In this document: positions 58,777 to 64,000 of the stretch, one piece after another
How the letters are laid out: each line of letters opens with the position of its first letter
How positions within the stretch are numbered: position 1 is the first letter of the stretch
Source: an uncultured Clostridia bacterium
GTDB lineage: Bacteria; Bacillota; Clostridia; Oscillospirales; Acutalibacteraceae
Assembly (NCBI GenBank): GCA_938028975.1
Contig: CALHES010000009.1
Span: 32,792 to 96,791 of the forward strand
Reading direction: 5' to 3'
Length of the DNA stretch: 64,000 nucleotides
The notes under the pieces: generated by a model
Database searches by the model: none
Told to the model about the DNA's origin: nothing
What the model saw: only the letters and a program-made list of their open reading frames with translations
Program-made: the position numbers and the translations under genes

Positions 58777-59319
58777 ATGAGTAAAACCGATAACGTGTTT
58801 AACGGTTCTAAAATTTCAAATTTTGAAGATGTAGTTGCAAAAACAAAATCGGTTGCTGAAAACCTTAATAAAAAAAGTGCTCAATGCTTGGAATTTTCAC
58901 GCAAAAGAGTTGAATATTTAGATGCAAAAACAAAACTTGCAAAATGCAACGAAAAATTCGGAAATCTTCAGTTTGAAATGCTTTTGGGCAACCAAGTTGA
59001 CGAGGTTGAAAGAGATACTTTAATTGCCGAAATTACAGCATACCGTTCAAGAATAGATGTGCTTAAAAATGAACTTGAAGATACTAAGTCAATTAAAGAT
59101 ACCGAAGATTTAAAAAAAGGCGCACAAGATTTAAAAAATGAAGTTATAAGCGCTTCAAAAGAGGCTATTGAAATTCTTAAACAGCGTGCAAAAGAGGCAA
59201 CAATGGCTGTGCAAAACGCTGTTGATAAGGCAAATTTTGAAAAATCTTCAGATGATGTTGAAATTGAAGTTGAACCGGAAGCGGTTAACGGTGAAAGCGT
59301 TAAAAATACGGAAGAATAA
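58777..59319 (+). CDS. Hypothetical coiled-coil protein
   Basis: Mostly predicted helical/coiled-coil with acidic tail. I do not recognise the family. ATG at 58777 after AAGGAG. Confidence 0.4.
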   Translation: MSKTDNVFNGSKISNFEDVVAKTKSVAENLNKKSAQCLEFSRKRVEYLDAKTKLAKCNEKFGNLQFEMLLGNQVDEVERDTLIAEITAYRSRIDVLKNELEDTKSIKDTEDLKKGAQDLKNEVISASKEAIEILKQRAKEATMAVQNAVDKANFEKSSDDVEIEVEPEAVNGESVKNTEE

Positions 59320-59344
59320 ATTTTATATTTGTTATTAAATTAAA

Positions 59345-59378
59345 AGGCAGTGCAAATTAATGCACTGCTTTTTTGTTT
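59345..59378 (+). terminator. Rho-independent terminator
   Basis: ggcagtgca-aattaa-tgcactgcc-like stem (gcagtgca/tgcactgc) followed by TTTTTTG. Confidence 0.55.
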
Positions 59379-59388
59379 TGGTGATTTA

Positions 59389-61074
59389 ATGAATAATTTA
59401 AAACAAAAATATATTAACTCGGCTGTGTTGTTGCTTTTGTCTTCCGTTCTCGTTAAAGCAATAAGTGCTGTTTATAAAATTCCGCTGACTTCTTATATAG
59501 GGGCAACCGGCAGGGGCTATTTTAATGTGGCATATAATATTTATATGCCCGTTCATGCTGTTATTATGGGGGCGTTTCCCATTGCTCTTTCTCATCTTGT
59601 AAGCAAGTATAATCAGCAGGGTAACAAAGCAAAAATTGTTGCTTTGCGTAAAAGCAGTAAAATTTTATTTTTCCTTTTAGGTGTTGCAGGCACACTGTTA
59701 ACAGTGCTTGTTGCAAAGCCTTATGCACAAATTGTGGCAGCTCCAAAAAGTATTTATACTGTTTATGTTTTGGCACCCACGGTTTTGTTCTCTGCAATTT
59801 GTGCCTCAAACAGAAGCTTGGCAGAGGGCTTTATGAATATGGTGCCAACCGCTGTAAGCCAAGTTGCAGAGGCGGTGTTCAAGCTTGTGTTCGGCTTGCT
59901 GTTTGCCAAATATTCTATGGGCGTTCTTTATGATATGTATGTTCAAAACGGCTTTGTTTTGGGTATTTATTGCGAATCCGAGCAAACGGCGCTTTCCGTT
60001 ATTTATCCTTTAACATCCGCTGCGGCAATGGGCGGTGTAACAGTTGGCGAATTTGCTGCCGCAGTTTATACGGGTATTTACAATTCCGTTAAATACAGCG
60101 ATTATAAATTTCAAAAAAAGTATGGTGTGGGTGAAAGTATGGCAGAAATCTTTTCTTTTTCCGCACCTATAATTATCTCTACATTAATTCAAAGCGTTTC
60201 TACATTTTTAGACAGTTCCTCGGTTCAGTATTTTTTAACTTATTGCAATGAAAACACCTTGTATTCGACTTATGAAAATTGTATTAAAATAAGTAATACT
60301 TCTAAGTCGGATTTGGTAACATATGTTTTTGGGCTTTATTCTTCGGCACAGGATTTTAAAAATTTAATACCCGGTTTAACAATGGCGTTAGGCGTTGCCG
60401 CAGTGCCTGCAATTTCCGCAGGGTATGAAAGTAATAATTTTGAAAAATTCAATTCTCTTGTAAACAGTATTTTTAAATATACGTGTATTATCGCTTTCGG
60501 CGGCGGCTGTTATCTTTCATTGGTTTCAAAAAGTCTTTTGTCGGTGCTTTATGAGGCAACTAATTACGACATAGTTTTAGGCGTTTGTAAATTGGTGGAA
60601 TATTACGGTTTTACAATCATTTTTTATTGCTTTGCCGGCATATCCGTATTTGCCGTTCAGGCAATAGGTTTTGCAAATAAAAGTATATTTGCCGTTGTTA
60701 TTTCGGCAGTGTGCAGAATTGCAATTAATTATTTTCTTGTTTCAAACGAAAATGTTAATATTTACGGTACTGTTGTATCGGGTGCTGTGGGTTATTTGAT
60801 TATTTGCGTTTGTAACTCCGTAATTTTAAAAAAATATTCCGGCATAAAATTTAATTATTTTAAGTTGATTGTAATGCCGCTTGTTTGCTCTTTCTTTTCG
60901 TTTTTTATAACTCAATTTGTTTTTAGAGGATTATTTTCAGGTCTGAACAATTTTGCTTGCTTTGTAACACTTTCTGCAATATTTGTCGTGTGTTTTACAG
61001 TTTTGCTTATTTTGTCAAAAACTATAGAGTTTTCTGAACTTAAATTCTTACAATACAGTAAAAAAACGGTTTAA
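59389..61074 (+). CDS. MOP-superfamily polysaccharide/lipid-II flippase-like membrane protein (SpoVB/YabM-like)
   Basis: ~14 predicted TM helices. Position immediately upstream of mazG, as yabM is in B. subtilis. ATG at 59389 (the track start at 59350 lies inside the upstream terminator). Confidence 0.7.
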   Translation: MNNLKQKYINSAVLLLLSSVLVKAISAVYKIPLTSYIGATGRGYFNVAYNIYMPVHAVIMGAFPIALSHLVSKYNQQGNKAKIVALRKSSKILFFLLGVAGTLLTVLVAKPYAQIVAAPKSIYTVYVLAPTVLFSAICASNRSLAEGFMNMVPTAVSQVAEAVFKLVFGLLFAKYSMGVLYDMYVQNGFVLGIYCESEQTALSVIYPLTSAAAMGGVTVGEFAAAVYTGIYNSVKYSDYKFQKKYGVGESMAEIFSFSAPIIISTLIQSVSTFLDSSSVQYFLTYCNENTLYSTYENCIKISNTSKSDLVTYVFGLYSSAQDFKNLIPGLTMALGVAAVPAISAGYESNNFEKFNSLVNSIFKYTCIIAFGGGCYLSLVSKSLLSVLYEATNYDIVLGVCKLVEYYGFTIIFYCFAGISVFAVQAIGFANKSIFAVVISAVCRIAINYFLVSNENVNIYGTVVSGAVGYLIICVCNSVILKKYSGIKFNYFKLIVMPLVCSFFSFFITQFVFRGLFSGLNNFACFVTLSAIFVVCFTVLLILSKTIEFSELKFLQYSKKTV

Positions 61075-61078
61075 ATGC

Positions 61079-61972
61079 TTGATAAAAACTATCACATATA
61101 GTATTATTACAGTAACACGAGTTAATCGAAAGAGGGCACTTTATTTGGCAGTGGATTTTGAAATTAAAGACAGATATGATATTGACGATTTAATTCAACT
61201 TGTTACTGTTTTAAGAGCTCCCGGCGGCTGTCCTTGGGACAGAGAGCAAACGCATCAATCAATAAAAAAGAATTTTATTGAAGAAACTTATGAAGTTGTT
61301 GAAGCAATAAATAAAAATGATGCCGAAAGCCTGAAAGAAGAATTGGGTGATATTCTTTTGCAGGTTGCTCTTCATGCCGAAATGGAGCGTGAAAGGGGTT
61401 CTTTTGATTTTAATGATGTTGCAAACGATATTTGCCAAAAGCTTGTTATTCGTCATCCTCATGTTTTTGGGGATGTTGTTGCCAATAACGAAAAAGAAGC
61501 GCTTGACAGTTGGGATGCAATTAAGTTAAAAACAAAAGGAATGAAAAAGCAAAGCGAATCAATGCTCAAAGTTCCAAGGGAATTTCCTGCGCTTATGCGT
61601 GCGCAGAAAATTCAAAGCAAGGCGGCAAAAGCCGGCTTTGATTGGAGCAGTGTTGACGGTGCCTTTCTTAAATTGTTTGAAGAGATTAACGAGTTAAAAG
61701 ATGCTTTGGAAAAAGGCAGTCGGTCTTCTGTTGAAGATGAATTCGGCGATGTTCTTTTTTCTTGTGTAAACATAGCCAGGTTTATAGATGTTGATTCAGA
61801 GGAGGCACTTACTTCCGCTACCGATAAATTTATGAACCGTTATGTTTTGGTTGAAAAACTTGCAGAGGAAAAAGACGTTGATATGAAGAATTCTTCAATA
61901 GACGAGTTGGATGCACTTTGGGACGAAGCAAAGAAAATGATTGCCGATAAGGCAAAAACGGAGGAAATTTAA
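61079..61972 (+). CDS. mazG: Nucleoside triphosphate pyrophosphohydrolase MazG (tandem MazG domains; YabN-like)
   Basis: EETYEVVEAI...ELGDILLQV, and a second EEL..EFGDVLFS repeat, are MazG EExx(E/D) motifs. The true start may be the internal GTG near 61151. Confidence 0.8.
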   Translation: MIKTITYSIITVTRVNRKRALYLAVDFEIKDRYDIDDLIQLVTVLRAPGGCPWDREQTHQSIKKNFIEETYEVVEAINKNDAESLKEELGDILLQVALHAEMERERGSFDFNDVANDICQKLVIRHPHVFGDVVANNEKEALDSWDAIKLKTKGMKKQSESMLKVPREFPALMRAQKIQSKAAKAGFDWSSVDGAFLKLFEEINELKDALEKGSRSSVEDEFGDVLFSCVNIARFIDVDSEEALTSATDKFMNRYVLVEKLAEEKDVDMKNSSIDELDALWDEAKKMIADKAKTEEI

Positions 61973-62245
61973 ATGAATAAAACAGAACTTGTAGCAGCAG
62001 TTGCTGCTAAGGCAGAACTTTCAAAGAAAGACGCAGAAGCAGCAGTTAAGGCTGTTGTTGATTCAATCTCAGAAGCTCTTGCAGACGGCGATAAAGTTGC
62101 TCTTGTAGGCTTTGGCACATTTGATGTTAAAACTCGTGCAGCTCGCACAGGTAAAAATCCTCGCACAGGCGAAGTTATTGAAATTCCTGCAGCAAAGGTT
62201 CCTTCTTTCAAAGCAGGCTCAGCTCTTAAGGATGCTGTAAAATAA
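61973..62245 (+). CDS. hup: DNA-binding protein HU
   Basis: [11 protein letters not shown]...[37 protein letters not shown] canonical HU. Confidence 0.92.
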   Translation: MNKTELVAAVAAKAELSKKDAEAAVKAVVDSISEALADGDKVALVGFGTFDVKTRAARTGKNPRTGEVIEIPAAKVPSFKAGSALKDAVK

Positions 62246-62305
62246 TTTAATTTAAAATACAAAGCCGTCGCCAAAACAGCGGCGGCTTAATTTTTAGGTG
62301 ATTTT

Positions 62306-62545
62306 ATGCGACTTGATAAATTTTTAAAGGTTTCAAGAATTATAAAACGCAGAACCGTGGCAAACGAGGCTTGCGATGCAGGTAAAATAGAAATAAACGG
62401 CAAGGTTCAGCGTGCTTCATATGACGTTAAGGTTAACGATATTATAACTGTTAATATGGGCAATAACAGCCGCAAATTTCAGGTTCTTGAAATAAGTGAA
62501 CACGCATTAAAGGAAGATGCGTCAAAAATGTATAAAATTTTATAA
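62306..62545 (+). CDS. S4-domain RNA-binding protein (YabO/Hsp15-like)
   Basis: MRLDKFLKVSRIIKRRTVANEACDAGKIEINGK S4 motif. 79 aa. Position matches yabO. Confidence 0.75.
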   Translation: MRLDKFLKVSRIIKRRTVANEACDAGKIEINGKVQRASYDVKVNDIITVNMGNNSRKFQVLEISEHALKEDASKMYKIL

Positions 62546-62593
62546 TTCATTAATCAATCATCCGTTTCATATATTTTAATCGGGTGATTTTTT

Positions 62594-62869
62594 ATGGAAG
62601 AAAATTTGAAAAAGCAACACAGTCTTTATCTTGAAAACAGAAGCGGTCTTAAATTAACCGGCGTTACTGATGTAGAGTTTTTTGATGAGGAAACGGTAAG
62701 TGCTTTTACCGATTACGGGTTAATAACCGTCAGCGGTTCTTCTCTTCATGTGGAAGAACTTAATTTGGAAACAGGTTTGCTGGAGGTTTCGGGCGAAGTA
62801 ACGGCACTTGTTTACAGCAGTAAAACAAAAAAAGAAAAAAATATTTTAAAAAGGCTGTTCAGTGCTTAA
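62594..62869 (+). CDS. yabP: Sporulation protein YabP
   Basis: LENRSGLKLTGVTDVEFFDEETV...VSGEV matches YabP. 91 aa. Confidence 0.75.
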   Translation: MEENLKKQHSLYLENRSGLKLTGVTDVEFFDEETVSAFTDYGLITVSGSSLHVEELNLETGLLEVSGEVTALVYSSKTKKEKNILKRLFSA

Positions 62870-63293
62870 TTCAATAGGTGCTTTTTTTGTTTTAGGCGTT
62901 GCCTTGGGCGCTTTGTATGATGTGTTTCGCTTTTTTAGATTTGTTTTTTCAAAAAAATTAATGGTTTTTATTAATGACTTTGTTTATTGCTTGGTTTTCG
63001 CACTTTGCTTTTTTACAGTTTTGCTGGCTTATAATAACGGCAGGGTAAGAATGTATTTTGTGTTTGCCGTTTTTGCCGGCTTTTTTGCGTATGTGTTTAC
63101 TGTTTTCAGGTTTACGGAGCCGTTTCAAAAAAAGGTGTCATACACAGTTGTAAAAACTTTTAAAAAGGTGTTGCATTTTGTAAAGACTGTGTATTATAAT
63201 ACTTTTGTGTTAAGGTTTAAAACTTTACGAAAAACGCATAAAAAGGAAGTTGAAAATTCTGATGAAAACATTTTTTCTGAATTTGAAAAATAA
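62862..63293 (+). CDS. yabQ: Spore cortex biosynthesis membrane protein YabQ
   Basis: Small protein with 3-4 TM helices directly after yabP. Called from the conserved yabP-yabQ-divIC order. Confidence 0.6.
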   Translation: MLNSIGAFFVLGVALGALYDVFRFFRFVFSKKLMVFINDFVYCLVFALCFFTVLLAYNNGRVRMYFVFAVFAGFFAYVFTVFRFTEPFQKKVSYTVVKTFKKVLHFVKTVYYNTFVLRFKTLRKTHKKEVENSDENIFSEFEK

Positions 63294-63567
63294 CAAAAAA
63301 ATGCGTTTAACGGTAATTGTTATTGCGGTTGCTATTGTGTTTTTTGTTTGTGCCGGCATTGTTGTAACTCAAGGTGCCGATATTAACAGACTGAAAAAAC
63401 AGCAGGCGGCTTACAGCCAACAGTTAGAGCAACAACAGGCAGATAACGACGAGTTACAGGGCATTGTTGAATCGGATAATAAAGATGCTTATATTGAAAA
63501 AAAAGCACGCGAAAAGGGCTATGTGAAATCCGATGAAGAAGTGTTTTATGATGTTTCGGGTAAATAA
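63262..63567 (+). CDS. divIC: Septum formation initiator DivIC/FtsB
   Basis: Short basic N-terminus, single TM (LTVIVIAVAIVFFVCAGIVV), coiled coil (QQAAYSQQLEQQQADNDELQ) and the C-terminal YIEKKAREKGY motif typical of FtsB/DivIC. Start uncertain (63250/63262/63301). Confidence 0.6.
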   Translation: MKTFFLNLKNNKKMRLTVIVIAVAIVFFVCAGIVVTQGADINRLKKQQAAYSQQLEQQQADNDELQGIVESDNKDAYIEKKAREKGYVKSDEEVFYDVSGK

Positions 63568-63587
63568 TAATTTTTGTTTATTTAACA

Positions 63588-63616
63588 GCCGAGAGTAATC
63601 TCGGCTTATTTTTTGG
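63588..63616 (+). terminator. Rho-independent terminator after divIC
   Basis: agccgaga-gtaa-tctcggct followed by tattttttgg. Confidence 0.65.
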
Positions 63617-63623
63617 AGTTGTG

Positions 63624-64000
63624 ATGAGAGAAATAAACGCAAGCAGTATAACAAACTGTGTAAAAGAACTTGTAATAAAAGCAAATAAAATTTTGCCTGA
63701 TGATTTGGTGGATTGTATAGGTTGCTTTGAAAATAAAGAAAAAAATCAGACGGCAAAATCAATTTTAGGAGATTTACAAAGAAATATAGATGCGGCAAAG
63801 GAACTTGATATTCCTGTTTGCCAAGATACGGGAATGGCTGTTATTTTTGCCGAAATAGGGCAGGATGTGCATATAATCGGCGGCAGTTTTGAAGACGCTG
63901 TTAATAAGGGCGTAAGCCTTGGCTATACAGACGGGTTGCTTCGTAAGTCTGTTGTAAAAGACCCGTTTTTTAACAGGGTAAATACAAACGATAATACACC
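63624..64000 (+). CDS. Class I (Fe-S) fumarate hydratase / tartrate dehydratase alpha-type catalytic subunit. N-terminal part only; runs off the window end.
   Basis: Translation MREINASSITNCVKEL...VCQDTGMAVIFAEIGQDVHIIGGSFEDAVNKGV...DPFFNRVNTNDNT matches the N-terminal domain of FumA/TtdA-type hydro-lyases. Confidence 0.75.
   Translation, partial: MREINASSITNCVKELVIKANKILPDDLVDCIGCFENKEKNQTAKSILGDLQRNIDAAKELDIPVCQDTGMAVIFAEIGQDVHIIGGSFEDAVNKGVSLGYTDGLLRKSVVKDPFFNRVNTNDNT

Overview
This window looks like a low-GC Firmicutes/Clostridia chromosomal segment. It is probably from a sporulating Ruminococcaceae-like organism: there is a yabP-yabQ-divIC cluster and a dockerin-bearing surface protein. 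Almost all genes are on the + strand and most are conserved housekeeping genes. In order they are: topA(partial)-trmFO-plsX-rnc-rSAM-smc-ftsY-rdgB-yhbY-nadD-yqeK-rsfS-leuS, then a GH38/GH29 glycosidase pair, a rSAM/IMPase pair on the - strand, murT-gatD and rpsB-tsf. A roughly 10.5 kb accessory insertion (about 25.2-35.7 kb) follows. The conserved cluster then resumes with pyrH-frr-uppS-cdsA-dxr-rseP-ispG-polC, a histidine operon (hisZ::hisG fusion, hisD, hisB, hisA, hisI, hisE), recJ-relA-dtd, hemZ-like, a MOP flippase, mazG-hup-yabO-yabP-yabQ-divIC and the start of a class I fumarate hydratase. I saw no rRNA, tRNA or CRISPR. Main things worth a second look: (1) the tsf|pyrH accessory island. 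Its left edge is a ~1.2 kb cassette (NYN-domain gene, a truncated DUF4160, an intact DUF2442) bracketed by two copies of the tsf 3' end plus terminator, the second copy having an inverted hairpin loop. (2) A PolC that appears to lack the whole proofreading exonuclease domain. (3) A HisZ-HisG single-polypeptide fusion, and a ComEC-like MBL lipoprotein + DUF3006 pair inserted inside the his operon. (4) A secreted LRR/dockerin protein carrying at least 7 tandem ~35-aa Cys3-His mini-domains. (5) A 2x[4Fe-4S]/Cys-rich protein divergent from a Crp/Fnr regulator, next to a galT/PHP-phosphatase/NSS-transporter module. All calls come from reading the translations and the DNA by eye. No database searches were run.
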